DNA of 64,000 bases from an uncultured Chloroflexia bacterium (GCA_963819655.1 CAWFXA010000001.1:224001-288000), one strand, 5' to 3'; counted from the stretch's first letter, positions 1-10,065 are shown. Numbers and translations: made by a program. Notes: generated by a model from the sequence alone, not told the origin.

Positions 1-977
1 GGCGCCGATGCGCTCGGGCTCGCCGACGCGTCGGGCGCCACGGTCTCTCCCGCCCTCACGACCGCCTCGACGCATTCCGCCGGATGGTCGCGGCAGAACA
101 TCCAGCCCTGGAACGACGCCTTCAGGAATCGGGAGGCGAGCTCCTCGTTGCCGTCCTGGTCGAGCCAGGACGCCCGGGCGAAGATCGCGTCCTGGAGCAT
201 GGCCGTGCCCTCATCGTTGTAATTGATCACGTTGAAGTCGGTCGGTTGGTACGGCGAATTGGTCGTCGGATCTGTCGCCTCGAGGACCTGCGCGTAGCCG
301 TCGTAGATCGTGGCCTGGGCGACGTCGATCCCGCCTCGCAGGAACTCGCGCATCTCCGTGTCCTGCTTGACGAGGCTGACGTCCTGCTCGAGATCCAGGC
401 CGGCGGCCTTGGCAGCGGCCGTCACCTCGAATTCGTTGCCCGCGCCGAGGAAACCCACCCGGTGTCCCTTCAGGTCGGCGGGTCGCGTGATGGCCATGTC
501 GCGGAATGAGATCGACAGCGTCGCCGATCGGCGGAAGACCTGGCCGATATCGACGAGATCGGACGAGCCGGCTGCCCGGGCCTTCAACACGCGCGGCACC
601 CAGCTGATCGTGAACTCGGGGCCCGACGATTCTGAGCCGACGACCTCTGGAAAGACGTCCGGCCCGCCCTCGACGATGGTCAGGTCGATGCCGGCGGCCT
701 CGTAGAACCCCTGATCGATCGCGGCGATGTAGCCCGCGAACGCGGCGCCCATGGTCCAGCGCAGGAGGAGCCGCACAGGCGTGAGTGTTGGAGCGTCACT
801 CGAGACGGCGGTGGGTACCGGCGCGAGCGCGGATGCTGACGCGGAGGTGGCGTCGCTGATCGTTGGCGAGCTCGATCCCCCGACGCAGCCAGTGACGAGG
901 AGGCACGCGATCAGGGTCGCGGCGCGGGTCGCGGCGCCGGGCAGACGAGAGGCCGGCCGATGGCGGCCGGCCTCCAT
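1..977 (-). CDS. ABC transporter substrate-binding lipoprotein, NMT1/THI5 family (partial, runs off left edge)
   Basis: Not in the ORF track. Manual minus-strand translation from ATG 977: MEAGRHRPASRLPGAATRAATLIACLLVTGC (lipobox)...PVRLLLRWTMGAAFAGYIAAIDQGFY...ISWVPRVL...MLQDAIFA...FLKASFQGWMFCRDHPAEC. Clear paralog of the adjacent gene. Confidence 0.85.
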   Translation of the reverse strand, partial: MEAGRHRPASRLPGAATRAATLIACLLVTGCVGGSSSPTISDATSASASALAPVPTAVSSDAPTLTPVRLLLRWTMGAAFAGYIAAIDQGFYEAAGIDLTIVEGGPDVFPEVVGSESSGPEFTISWVPRVLKARAAGSSDLVDIGQVFRRSATLSISFRDMAITRPADLKGHRVGFLGAGNEFEVTAAAKAAGLDLEQDVSLVKQDTEMREFLRGGIDVAQATIYDGYAQVLEATDPTTNSPYQPTDFNVINYNDEGTAMLQDAIFARASWLDQDGNEELASRFLKASFQGWMFCRDHPAECVEAVVRAGETVAPDASASPSASA

Positions 978-1003
978 CCGTTGCGTGGATCCGGGGGGTG
1001 CCG

Positions 1004-2167
1004 TTACTGGCCACCCTCCGTGAGGGTCACAGTGGCCTTCGTCCACGACGTGCCCTTGGTGTCGAGGTCCGTGAGCTCGGCGAGAGCCTTCTCCGCCAGA
1101 TCGTTCCGCCAGGCCGTCCCTTCGACTGGCTTGGTCAGGATCTTGCCGGAGAGAGCCACCTCGACCGTCCGGTCGAACGCCGCTGCGTCGGTGATACCGA
1201 TGCCGTTCGGCGCGGGCCAGATGATGCCGCTCACCTCGTTGAGCTGCCACGTCTGGTGCCCCTTGGGCAGCGCGGCATCTGACTTGATGACGATGTCGAC
1301 ACACTCTTCGGGGTTGTCGCGACAGAAGATCCAGCCCCTGAAGGAAGCCTTCAGGAACTTGACCGCGTCGTCCTCGTTGCCGGCCTGCGCCAGCCATGCC
1401 TCGGACGCGAAGATCGCGTCCTGGAGCATCGAGGTGCCGTACTCCTCCCAGGAGATGACGTTGAGGTCCTCGGCCTTATACAGCTCGCCCGTGGCTGGAT
1501 TCTTCTTCTCGAGGACCTGCGCGTACTCGTTGTAGATCATGGCCTGGGCGGCATCGATGTCGCCCTCCGCGAAGGCCACCATGTCGAACTGCTGCGCGAC
1601 GATCGACACGTCCGCGGGGTTGTCCGGGTCCAGGCCGGCCTTGCGCAGGCCGGCGTAGAGCTCGGCCTCGTTGCCGAAGCCCCACGCTCCGACCTTCTTG
1701 CCCTTGAGGTCCTCGGGCTTCGTGATGTTCTTGTCCTTGAACGAGACCTGCAGCGTCGGCGATCGCTGGAAGATCTGCGCGATCACGACGCCGTCGGCGC
1801 CACTCTCGCGCGGGGCCAGCATGCGCGGCACCCAGCTGATGCCGAATTCCGCCTGGCCGCCGGCCACGACGGTGGCGGGCACGATCTCCACCGCACCCGG
1901 CAGGATCTCGACGTCGAAGCCTTCCTCCGCGTAATAGCCCTTGTCCTTGGCCGCGAAATAGCCGGCGAACTGGGCCTGCGGGAACCACTGCAGCTGGAGC
2001 CGGATCGGCTTCAGCTCCGCGGGGGCGCTGGGGGCCTCCGAGGCAACGGAGGCACCAGGCGCCTCGCTCGCCGTTGACGGGGCCACCGTGGCGGCCCCAC
2101 CGCCCGTGCACGCAGCCAGCGCCATGCTGGCGGCAGCGAACAGCACGGTCATGCGCCGAAGTCGCAT
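1004..2167 (-). CDS. ABC transporter substrate-binding lipoprotein, NMT1/THI5 family (pyrimidine/nucleobase uptake likely)
   Basis: LAAC lipobox; LQLQWFPQAQFAGYFAAKDKGYYAEEG motif; GGAGAGG RBS before ATG 2167. Confidence 0.9.
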   Translation of the reverse strand: MRLRRMTVLFAAASMALAACTGGGAATVAPSTASEAPGASVASEAPSAPAELKPIRLQLQWFPQAQFAGYFAAKDKGYYAEEGFDVEILPGAVEIVPATVVAGGQAEFGISWVPRMLAPRESGADGVVIAQIFQRSPTLQVSFKDKNITKPEDLKGKKVGAWGFGNEAELYAGLRKAGLDPDNPADVSIVAQQFDMVAFAEGDIDAAQAMIYNEYAQVLEKKNPATGELYKAEDLNVISWEEYGTSMLQDAIFASEAWLAQAGNEDDAVKFLKASFRGWIFCRDNPEECVDIVIKSDAALPKGHQTWQLNEVSGIIWPAPNGIGITDAAAFDRTVEVALSGKILTKPVEGTAWRNDLAEKALAELTDLDTKGTSWTKATVTLTEGGQ

Positions 2168-2295
2168 AGGACACCTCTCCTTTGGCCGGACCGCGAGAGC
2201 GGCCCGCCTCCTCACGGCGCAGTCTAGCGAACGACGCCCGAAGGTATACGTCGGCCCTCTCGACGGGGCCTCGCCGGCCTACCGGACAGGCCCGC

Positions 2296-3123
2296 TCAGG
2301 ACCAGGCGGCCTGCCGGCCGTACCAGGGCATCGCGATCCGCTCGATGACGGCGACCACGAGGTACAGGCCGATCCCGATGGCGCACGCGAACACGATCGC
2401 GGCCCACGACCGCTCGAAGTTCAGGAACGCGGAATAGGTCGCGATGTACTGGCCGAGGCTCGCTCGCGGTGCAGCGAAATACTCGCCGACGACGGCGCCG
2501 ATGGTTGCCAGCGTCACCGCCAGCCGAAGCGACGTGAAGATGTACGGGAGTGCGTTCGGGACCCGCAGCTTGCGGAACACGGCGGATTCCGGGGTCGCGT
2601 ACGAACGCAGCAATTCGAGGGCGCGCGGGTCGACGGTGGTCAGGCCGCGGACCGTGTTGATCAGCACCGGGAAGAAGCACAGGACGGCCGCGACCATCGC
2701 CTTCGACAGCTGCTGATCAAGCCCGAACCAGTTGTTGAACAGCGGCGCGAACGCGAGGATCGGCACGGAGCTCGCGGCGACCGCGAACGGCATCAGCGAG
2801 TCCTGCATGAACCGGAATCGCGCCGTGACGGTGCCGACGACGATGCCGGCCGTCGCACCGATCAGCAATCCCGCCAGGATCTCAAGGAACGTGTACCGTG
2901 CGGCCGCATACAGCTCCGGGAGATACGTCTGCCACGCTGTCGCGATCGCAAGTGGACTCGGCAGGATGAACTGCTTGATCCCAAAGACCCGGACGATGAC
3001 CTCCCAGGCGGTCAGCAGTCCGACGAGCAGGAGTGCCGGTGGGCCCCAGTCGCGCAACCGACGGGCGATGCCCGCAGTCACCCCCTGTGACCGCGCCGGC
3101 CGGGCGATCTCGCCGGCGGTCAT
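2296..3123 (-). CDS. ABC transporter permease, NitT/TauT family
   Basis: Multi-TM protein; FFPVLINTVRGL...LRVPNALPYIFTSLR...GAVVGEYF signature. Confidence 0.92.
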   Translation of the reverse strand: MTAGEIARPARSQGVTAGIARRLRDWGPPALLLVGLLTAWEVIVRVFGIKQFILPSPLAIATAWQTYLPELYAAARYTFLEILAGLLIGATAGIVVGTVTARFRFMQDSLMPFAVAASSVPILAFAPLFNNWFGLDQQLSKAMVAAVLCFFPVLINTVRGLTTVDPRALELLRSYATPESAVFRKLRVPNALPYIFTSLRLAVTLATIGAVVGEYFAAPRASLGQYIATYSAFLNFERSWAAIVFACAIGIGLYLVVAVIERIAMPWYGRQAAWS

Positions 3124-3986
3124 CCCGACAGGCCCTCGGCCGCGACCCGCCGGGTGGCTAGCTCGTCGGGGTCACCCTCGTCCCCGGTCCCGCTGCCTCG
3201 CCGCTCGTCGCCTCGCAGGGCTTCGCGCACCGCGGTCACGAGGTGGAAATACTGCTCCAGCTCGCGCGTATCGGCGGATCGCTGGCGGGGCAGGTCGATA
3301 TCGATCACGGCGCTGATCCTGCCCGGCCGCGGCGACATGACCACGACGCGGGTGGACAGGAACACGGCCTCCGCGATCGAGTGCGTGACGAACACGATGG
3401 TCGTCTCGGTGCGCTCCCAGATCTTGAGCAGCTCGAGATTCATCCGCTCACGGGTCATCTCGTCGAGAGCCCCGAACGGCTCGTCCATGAGGAGGATCGC
3501 GGGGTCGACGGCGAGTGCGCGGGCGATGGCGACACGCTGCTGCATCCCGCCCGACAACTGCCACGGGTAGTGCCCGCCGAAGTCGGACAGCTCGACGAGA
3601 CGGAGATGCTCGAGCGCGCGCTCCGTCCGCTGGCGCTTCGGGGTGCCGCTCACCTCGAGCGGCAGCTCGACGTTGCCCTGGACAGTCCGCCAGTCGAACA
3701 GCACGGGCGCCTGGAAGACCATCCCGTAGTCGCGATCGAGACGCGCCCGAGGCGCGGGCTTGCCGTTGACCGTCACCGTGCCCGAGGTCGGGGAGGTGAG
3801 ATCGCCGATGATGCGCAGGAGCGTCGACTTGCCGCAGCCCGACGGGCCGATCAGCGACACGAACTCCCCGGCCGCCACGGTCAGGTCGATATCGAGCAGG
3901 GCCTCGACCCGGCCTGCACCCTGGCCGCGCTGGGCGAAGACCTTCGACACCCCGGCGATCGCGACGACGGGCCTCGTTTCGGCCAT
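3120..3986 (-). CDS. ABC transporter ATP-binding protein, NitT/TauT family
   Basis: GPSGCGKST, LSGGMQQR, LMDEPFGALD, VTH. Start ATG 3986 overlaps the upstream stop codon. Confidence 0.95.
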   Translation of the reverse strand: MAETRPVVAIAGVSKVFAQRGQGAGRVEALLDIDLTVAAGEFVSLIGPSGCGKSTLLRIIGDLTSPTSGTVTVNGKPAPRARLDRDYGMVFQAPVLFDWRTVQGNVELPLEVSGTPKRQRTERALEHLRLVELSDFGGHYPWQLSGGMQQRVAIARALAVDPAILLMDEPFGALDEMTRERMNLELLKIWERTETTIVFVTHSIAEAVFLSTRVVVMSPRPGRISAVIDIDLPRQRSADTRELEQYFHLVTAVREALRGDERRGSGTGDEGDPDELATRRVAAEGLSG

Positions 3987-4879
3987 CAGGCGACGGCCTG
4001 GTCGACACGACGCTCGTGGCGGAGCACCCAGCCTTCGACGCCGGCGACCAGCAGGTACACGCCGATGCCCAGAACCGATGAGACCACGATCGTGGCCCAC
4101 AGGTATTCGGCGTTGAGGGAGTAGTACTGCATCCCGGTGATGATCTGGCGGGCCAGCCCGTCCTGGATGAGCGACGGCAGCTCCCCGACGATCGCGCCGA
4201 CGACCGCGGCCGGCGCCGCGATCCGGAACCCCGTGAACAGGTAGGGCCTCGCGGCCGGTAGACGGAGCTTGCGCAGGATCGCCCAGCTCGACGCGGCATA
4301 CGAGCGCATCAGCTCGAGGGCGCGTGGGTCGTACGCGCGCAGGCCGCGCAGGGCGGCGATCGTGACCGGGAAGAACGTCAGATAGGTCGAGACGATCGCC
4401 ACGCCGAACCAGTCGGCCTTGAGACCGATCACGATGAGCGGCGCGATCGCGATGATCGGGATGGTCTGGCTGGCCACGATCAGCGGCACGAGTGCGCGTT
4501 CGAGCACCCGAACGTGGACGAGCACGATCGCCAGCCCGAGCCCGAATAGCGTCCCCAGCGCGAACCCGATCGCCGCGTTCCGCAGCGTGAACAGGGCCGC
4601 GCGCACGAGTCGCGTGACCGTCGTCGCGCCGACCGCATCCTCGCGCCCGAACTCGGCCGCGATATCCCAGAAATGGGGCAGCTTGGTATCGGTCGCGAAC
4701 GGGAATGTCAGCGGCGGATCATGGTCGAACACGATCCCGGTGCCCAGGAACGAATCGTAGTGCCAGCGATCGCCGCCGATGAACTTGGCCGTTTCCCAGA
4801 CGACGAGGAGCGCGATGAGGACCGTGAAGAACCCCACGACCGGGCGGAGTCGCCGGCGGATCGTCGTGCGGGCCGCCAT
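3986..4879 (-). CDS. ABC transporter permease, NitT/TauT family
   Basis: FFPVTIAALRGL...LRLPAARPYLFTG...GAIVGEL. Confidence 0.9.
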   Translation of the reverse strand: MAARTTIRRRLRPVVGFFTVLIALLVVWETAKFIGGDRWHYDSFLGTGIVFDHDPPLTFPFATDTKLPHFWDIAAEFGREDAVGATTVTRLVRAALFTLRNAAIGFALGTLFGLGLAIVLVHVRVLERALVPLIVASQTIPIIAIAPLIVIGLKADWFGVAIVSTYLTFFPVTIAALRGLRAYDPRALELMRSYAASSWAILRKLRLPAARPYLFTGFRIAAPAAVVGAIVGELPSLIQDGLARQIITGMQYYSLNAEYLWATIVVSSVLGIGVYLLVAGVEGWVLRHERRVDQAVA

Positions 4880-4882
4880 CGA

Positions 4883-6220
4883 TCAGCCGGTGACCGCCTG
4901 ATCGGAGATGTCGAGCGCCGCGTCGATGACCTCGAAGCCGTGCGCCAGCTCCTCTTCGTTGATGCACAGCGGCGGGTTCGTGTGGATCGAGTTGTTGGCG
5001 ATCATCGCGTACACCCCGTTGTCGCGGAGGTGCTTGCCGATCGCCTTCATCTCGTCGGACGTGCCGTTGAACGGCGTGAGCGGCGTCCACGGATCCTGCG
5101 TCCGGACGAGATCGAGGATCCCGAACAGGCCCAGGTTTCGCGTCGCTCCGACTGACGGATGCTTCGCTGCGAGTCGCTCGTGATGCTCACGCATCCGGGC
5201 GCCCATACGCGTCGCGTTGTCCATGAGGCCGTCCTCCTCGTAGACGCGGATCGTCGCAAGCGAGGCGGCAAGGGAGACGGGATGCGAGGAGTAGGTCAGC
5301 CCGCCGTAGAACATCCTGTCCTCGAACGCCTCGGCGATGTGGTGGCGCATCCCGACGGCCCCGAGCGGCAGGTACGACGACGTCAGGCCCTTGGCCACCG
5401 TCATGAGGTCCGGGACGACGCCCCAGTGGTCGACGGCGAACCAGCGCCCGGTCCGACCGAAACCGGCCATGACTTCGTCGCAGACCATGAGGATCCCGTT
5501 CCGGTCGCAGATCTCGCGGACGCCCTGGAGGTACCCGTCGGGCGGGATGAGGATGCCGTTCGTGCCCACGATCGTCTCGAGGAACACCGCAGCGATCGTG
5601 TGGGCGCCCTCGTAGCGGATGACGTCCTCGAGGCCCTGCAGGCTCTCCTCGACCGGCCGGGGCTCCTTCTCACCCCAGCGGTGGGTATCGGGATAGCGCA
5701 CGACCCCGACGAGACCGGGCTCGTTGGCCCAGCGGCGCGGGTCACCGGTCAGCGTCATCGCCCCGAGCGTGGCCCCGTGGTAGGCGCGATAGCGCGCCAA
5801 CAGCTTGTACCGGCCCGTGAAGGCGCGCGCGAGCTTGATCGCGTTCTCGATCGCCTCGGCGCCGCCCAGCGTGAAGAACACCTTGTCGATGTCGCCGGGC
5901 AGGATCTCGGCGAGCTTCTGCCCCAGGCGGGCGCGGATCTCGGTCGCGAATGCCGGCTGGACGTATTGCAGCTTGGTCGCCTGTTCGGTGATCGCGTCGA
6001 TGACGCGGCGGTCGCCGTGGCCGATGTTGACGGACATCAGCTGACTGTTGAAGTCGAGGATCCGTCGCCCCTCGGGCGTGTACAGCCAGACGCCCTCGGC
6101 GTGGTCGATGGCGATCGGGTCGACGGCGCCCTGGACCGACCAGGAAAAGAAGGTATGCGCTCGATTGAGGGCGACGATCTCCTCGGACGTCATCGCCCCC
6201 TGAGCGGTGCCGATGCCCAT
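4883..6220 (-). CDS. Class III PLP aminotransferase (beta-alanine/omega-amino acid transaminase likely)
   Basis: GGAEAIENA, YHGAT, DEVMAGFGRTG, AKGLTSSYLPLG. Pyrimidine-catabolism context suggests the substrate. Confidence 0.9.
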   Translation of the reverse strand: MGIGTAQGAMTSEEIVALNRAHTFFSWSVQGAVDPIAIDHAEGVWLYTPEGRRILDFNSQLMSVNIGHGDRRVIDAITEQATKLQYVQPAFATEIRARLGQKLAEILPGDIDKVFFTLGGAEAIENAIKLARAFTGRYKLLARYRAYHGATLGAMTLTGDPRRWANEPGLVGVVRYPDTHRWGEKEPRPVEESLQGLEDVIRYEGAHTIAAVFLETIVGTNGILIPPDGYLQGVREICDRNGILMVCDEVMAGFGRTGRWFAVDHWGVVPDLMTVAKGLTSSYLPLGAVGMRHHIAEAFEDRMFYGGLTYSSHPVSLAASLATIRVYEEDGLMDNATRMGARMREHHERLAAKHPSVGATRNLGLFGILDLVRTQDPWTPLTPFNGTSDEMKAIGKHLRDNGVYAMIANNSIHTNPPLCINEEELAHGFEVIDAALDISDQAVTG

Positions 6221-6307
6221 GGGTCCTCCTCTGCGCCCTCGGGCGCGAGACCGGATTACAGCACATCTGCCGCGCGTCGACGGGCGGGTTCGCCAGGTAG
6301 GCCGGCG

Positions 6308-7276
6308 TTACGAGTCTCGATGCGTCGAACTCGACGGGCCCACCAACACCCTGATGGCCGCAGGGACGACGCGGGCGGTCAGCCATCCCGCAGCGTGCGG
6401 GTCGCCGTCCGTCTGGACGTGCTGGGGTGGTTCGGCATCGATGTGGACCTCGCGGACCGTTCGGCGGATGACTGCCCCACGGAGCTCGCCCTTGCGCACC
6501 AGTAGCTCGGCGGCGCTGCGCAAGCCGGCCACGACTCCGCGACCGCCGACGAAGAGGAGGTCCAGTCGACCGTCGCCCGGGTCGATGGACTCGCGCGGGC
6601 CGACCCGACCCGGGATGATCTCCCCGGCGTTGGCCACGAGCGCCAGATGGCCGTGCAGATGCAGCAGTTCGCCGTCGGCGGTGATGGTGAATTCGCCCGC
6701 CGCCAGTCGGGTCAGCTCTCGGAGCGTCGCGCCAATGTAGGCCCCGAAGCGCAAACGACGCTTCCATTCATCACTCGCCGCGGCCATGATCCTGGCGTCA
6801 AGCCCGACCCCGGCTGCCACAAGGAACGGGCCATGGCCGTCCGGTCGGCTCACGCCGGGCCGACCCCATTCCGCCGCTCCGAGGTCGATGGTCCGTGGGA
6901 CGCCCCGCCGAATGGCATCCAGCGCCGGGCCGATGCCACGGATGCCCAGGCTGGCGGCGAGGACGTTGCCCGTCCCGCGCGGGACGATCGCCAGGGGGAT
7001 CGGCCGGCCCGACAGGCTCGCTGCGACCTCCCGGACGGTCCCGTCACCACCGATCGCCACGACCAGGGGTGGATCCGTGAGACGCTCGAGGGCCGCCCGA
7101 GCATCCGCCTGTCCGCCGGCAACCAACAGGGGCTTCCGCTCCGTCCGGGTGAGCACCGCCCGAGCGACCCGCTCGACGAGCGCGTTCCGATCGGTCGGAT
7201 CGCTCAGCCGCGAGGCGCGCGGATTGATCACGAGCAGTGGCGCGGACGGATCTCCGGCGATCGATCCCATGCCCAC
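6308..7276 (-). CDS. Diacylglycerol kinase family lipid kinase (YegS/DgkB-like)
   Basis: INPRAS, GGDGTVREV, PRGTGNVLA, QTDGD motifs. Confidence 0.88.
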   Translation of the reverse strand: MGMGSIAGDPSAPLLVINPRASRLSDPTDRNALVERVARAVLTRTERKPLLVAGGQADARAALERLTDPPLVVAIGGDGTVREVAASLSGRPIPLAIVPRGTGNVLAASLGIRGIGPALDAIRRGVPRTIDLGAAEWGRPGVSRPDGHGPFLVAAGVGLDARIMAAASDEWKRRLRFGAYIGATLRELTRLAAGEFTITADGELLHLHGHLALVANAGEIIPGRVGPRESIDPGDGRLDLLFVGGRGVVAGLRSAAELLVRKGELRGAVIRRTVREVHIDAEPPQHVQTDGDPHAAGWLTARVVPAAIRVLVGPSSSTHRDS

Positions 7277-7372
7277 CGATCGTACGTCAGCCGGACGCGC
7301 CGTCAGGGCGGTCTCGTCGCCCTCCCGGTGCTACCGTTTCGGCACGAACCCGCCCCGACCCGGAGGAGGTCC

Positions 7373-7780
7373 ATGGATCGCGCCGGCTTCCGCGCCTGGC
7401 TCCAGCGCTATGTCGATGCCTGGCGGCTGAACGATCCGGTGGCGGTCGGCGACCTGTTCAGCCCGGATGTGCGCTATGCCTTCGATCCGTTCGGCGAGGC
7501 GGTCGCGGGCCGGAACGCGGTCGTGGAGGCGTGGCTCGACGACCCGGACGACCCGGGTTCGTGGCAGGCCGACTACGACGTCCTCGCGGTCGACGGCGAC
7601 GTGTTCGTCGCGCACGGCCGAACGCGCTATCTGACCGACGACCGCAAATCGGTCGACCGCGAGTTCGCGAACGTGTTCGTGTGCCGTTTCGACGAGGACG
7701 GGCGCTGCCGCGAGTTCACCGAGTACTACATGCGCCGCCGGCCGGACGCTGAGCCGGACGAGGAGCCGGTGGCCGGTTAG
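7373..7780 (+). CDS. SnoaL-like / NTF2-family protein
   Basis: GGAGGAGG RBS then MDRAGFRAWLQRYVDAW...LFSPDVRY...GRCREFTEYY. Confidence 0.85.
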   Translation: MDRAGFRAWLQRYVDAWRLNDPVAVGDLFSPDVRYAFDPFGEAVAGRNAVVEAWLDDPDDPGSWQADYDVLAVDGDVFVAHGRTRYLTDDRKSVDREFANVFVCRFDEDGRCREFTEYYMRRRPDAEPDEEPVAG

Positions 7781-7851
7781 GTCCGCGGCGCGGGTGTACC
7801 CTCCCCTCTCTCCATCACGCCACGTCATGCCGCGACACGAGGGTGAGGACC

Positions 7852-8703
7852 ATGCCGCGTATCGTCCGAGGGGCGCTCGTCCAGGCTAGCTGGACCGGCG
7901 ACAAGGAATCGATGATCCAGAAGCACGAGCAACGCGCCCACCAGGCGGCGAAGGATGGCGCCCAGGTCATCCTGTTCCAGGAGCTGTTCTACGGGCCGTA
8001 CTTCTGCCAGGTCCAGGACGCCCAGTACTACAGCTATACCGAGCTCATCCCGGACGGTCCGACGACCAAGCGGATGCAGGATCTCGCCAAGCAGACGGGC
8101 ATGGTCGTCGTCGCCCCGATGTACGAGGAAGACCAGCAGGCGTCCGGGATCTACTACAACACCGCGGCAGTCATCGACGCGGATGGCACGTACCTGGGGA
8201 AGTACCGCAAGACGCACATCCCGCACGTCAAGGGGTTCTGGGAGAAGTTCTACTTCCGGCCCGGGAACATGGGCTATCCCGTGTTCGAGACGGCGGTCGG
8301 CAAGGTCGGCGTGTACATCTGCTACGACCGCCACTTCCCGGAGGGCGCGCGCGCGCTCGGGCTGAACGGCGCGGAGATCGTGTTCATCCCGTCGGCCACC
8401 TCGCGCGGCCTGTCCGAGTACCTGTGGCGCATCGAGCAGCCCAGCCACGCGGTCGCCAACGGCTACTACGTCGGGACGATCAACCGCGTCGGTATCGAGA
8501 AGGAATACGGGGACGACGACTTCTATGGGCAGAGCTACTTCGTCGATCCGCGCGGTCAGTTCGTCGGGGACGTCGGCTCGGCGCACGACGAGGAGCTCAT
8601 CGTCCGCGATCTCGATCTGGACCGGATCGCCGAGGTCCGCAACACGTGGCAGTTCTTCCGGGATCGACGTCCGGACGCCTACGCAGACTTGACGCGCCCG
8701 TAG
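7852..8703 (+). CDS. Nitrilase-family carbon-nitrogen hydrolase (beta-ureidopropionase / N-carbamoyl amidohydrolase)
   Basis: E-K-C triad motifs FQELF, YRKTHIP, ICYDRHFPE; FWEKFYF. Confidence 0.9.
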   Translation: MPRIVRGALVQASWTGDKESMIQKHEQRAHQAAKDGAQVILFQELFYGPYFCQVQDAQYYSYTELIPDGPTTKRMQDLAKQTGMVVVAPMYEEDQQASGIYYNTAAVIDADGTYLGKYRKTHIPHVKGFWEKFYFRPGNMGYPVFETAVGKVGVYICYDRHFPEGARALGLNGAEIVFIPSATSRGLSEYLWRIEQPSHAVANGYYVGTINRVGIEKEYGDDDFYGQSYFVDPRGQFVGDVGSAHDEELIVRDLDLDRIAEVRNTWQFFRDRRPDAYADLTRP

Positions 8704-8722
8704 GCGCTATCATCCGCGCCGG

Positions 8723-8750
8723 CTCGGCTGTCAGGAGGAGGACAGCCGAG
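8723..8750 (+). promoter_or_regulatory. Intergenic hairpin with AGGAGGAG loop
   Basis: CTCGGCTGTC-AGGAGGAG-GACAGCCGAG, a perfect 10-bp stem. Function unknown. Confidence 0.45.
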
Positions 8751-8830
8751 TCCTCACAGCAATGGCTAGCGGAGCGTCGCCTTGCTGTTCGGATGGCGGG
8801 CGGCGGATCCCCGTTGAGGGTGCCAGATCC

Positions 8831-9820
8831 ATGAAGTTCGGTTTCACGCTCAAGCCCGACCACACGATCGAGCGCACCCTCGCGCTGACGCGCCAGGCCG
8901 AGGCGGCCGGCTTCGAGTACGGCTGGCTGTTCGACAGCCACGTGCTGTGGCGCGATCCGTATCCGTTGCTGACGCTCATGGCAGGCGTGAGCGAGCGCAT
9001 GCGGCTGGGGACCTGCGTCACCAATCCGGGCACGCGCGAGCCGTCGGTCACGGCGTCCTCGCTGGCCACGCTGGACGAGATCAGCGACGGACGGATGGAC
9101 CTAGGCATCGGTCGCGGCGACTCGGCCCGACGCGTGCTGGGCAAGCCGCCGATCACCCTCGCGCACACCGAGGAGGCGATCAACGTCATCCGGACCCTGG
9201 TGAGCGGCGGATCGATCACCTACGAAGGAACGGAATTGACGTTCCCGTGGACCCGCGGCTGGACGCTGCCCGTGTGGGTCGCGGGTTACGGGCCGATGGC
9301 CATCGCGATGACCGGCCGCGTCGCGGACGGGATCATCCTGCAGCTCGCCGACCCGGACCTCATCCGCTGGTTCGTGGGCCAGCTGCGCGAGGCCGCCGCG
9401 GCCGCCGGACGCGAACCGGGCTCTCTCAAGGTCCAGGCCGCGGCGCCTGCCCATGTCGGGCCGCGCGACGTCGGGCGGGAGCGGACCCGCTGGTTCCCGG
9501 CGCTCGTGTCGAACCACGTCGTGGATCTCGTCAACAAGTACCCGCGCGAGGAGCTGCCCGAGTCGCTGACCGGCTATGTCACCGACCGAACGGGCTACGA
9601 CTACCGCCACCACGCCGAGGTCGGATCGTCCAATGCGGCATTCGTCGGCGACGAGGTGACCGATCGGTTCTGCCTGCTCGGTGGGGCCGACGAACAGATC
9701 GCCAAGCTCCGCGAGCTGGCCGACGTCGGTGTCGACCAGTTCAACTTCTACCTCATGAACGGCGACGAGGAAGCCCAGCTCGAGGCCTACGGACGGGACG
9801 TGATCCCCGCCTTCCGCTGA
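8831..9820 (+). CDS. LLM-class, probably F420-dependent oxidoreductase (TIGR03842-like)
   Basis: WLFDSHVLW, GTCVTNP, GIGRGDS, GDEVTDRFC; located between the ureidopropionase and hydA. Confidence 0.85.
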   Translation: MKFGFTLKPDHTIERTLALTRQAEAAGFEYGWLFDSHVLWRDPYPLLTLMAGVSERMRLGTCVTNPGTREPSVTASSLATLDEISDGRMDLGIGRGDSARRVLGKPPITLAHTEEAINVIRTLVSGGSITYEGTELTFPWTRGWTLPVWVAGYGPMAIAMTGRVADGIILQLADPDLIRWFVGQLREAAAAAGREPGSLKVQAAAPAHVGPRDVGRERTRWFPALVSNHVVDLVNKYPREELPESLTGYVTDRTGYDYRHHAEVGSSNAAFVGDEVTDRFCLLGGADEQIAKLRELADVGVDQFNFYLMNGDEEAQLEAYGRDVIPAFR

Positions 9821-9845
9821 GTTCGTGCCAGTAGGCCCGAGTCCC

Positions 9846-10065
9846 TTGCATTCGATGCAAGCATCGACGTGGACCGGGCCGTCGCGGACGACCCAACGCG
9901 CGAGAAGCGGCATCCAAGGACGGATCTGGTGGTGGATATGGCTCCACCACCACCGCTCGTCGATGGCACCCAGCATCTGATGCCGATTCGGCTCCCGGCG
10001 AACCGCACGGACACGCGAGTGCTTGCATCTGATGCAACCCGCGTCGCCGACCCGGCATGTGATGC
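9846..10065. repeat. Palindrome-rich intergenic element: inverted repeats plus 4x GCATnnGATGC
   Basis: TTGCATTCGATGCAA (9846-9860) and TTGCATCTGATGCAA (10023-10037) lie within ~26-30-bp imperfect inverted repeats. Further cores at 9973 and 10055; internal 10-bp hairpin 9927-9952. Confidence 0.6.
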
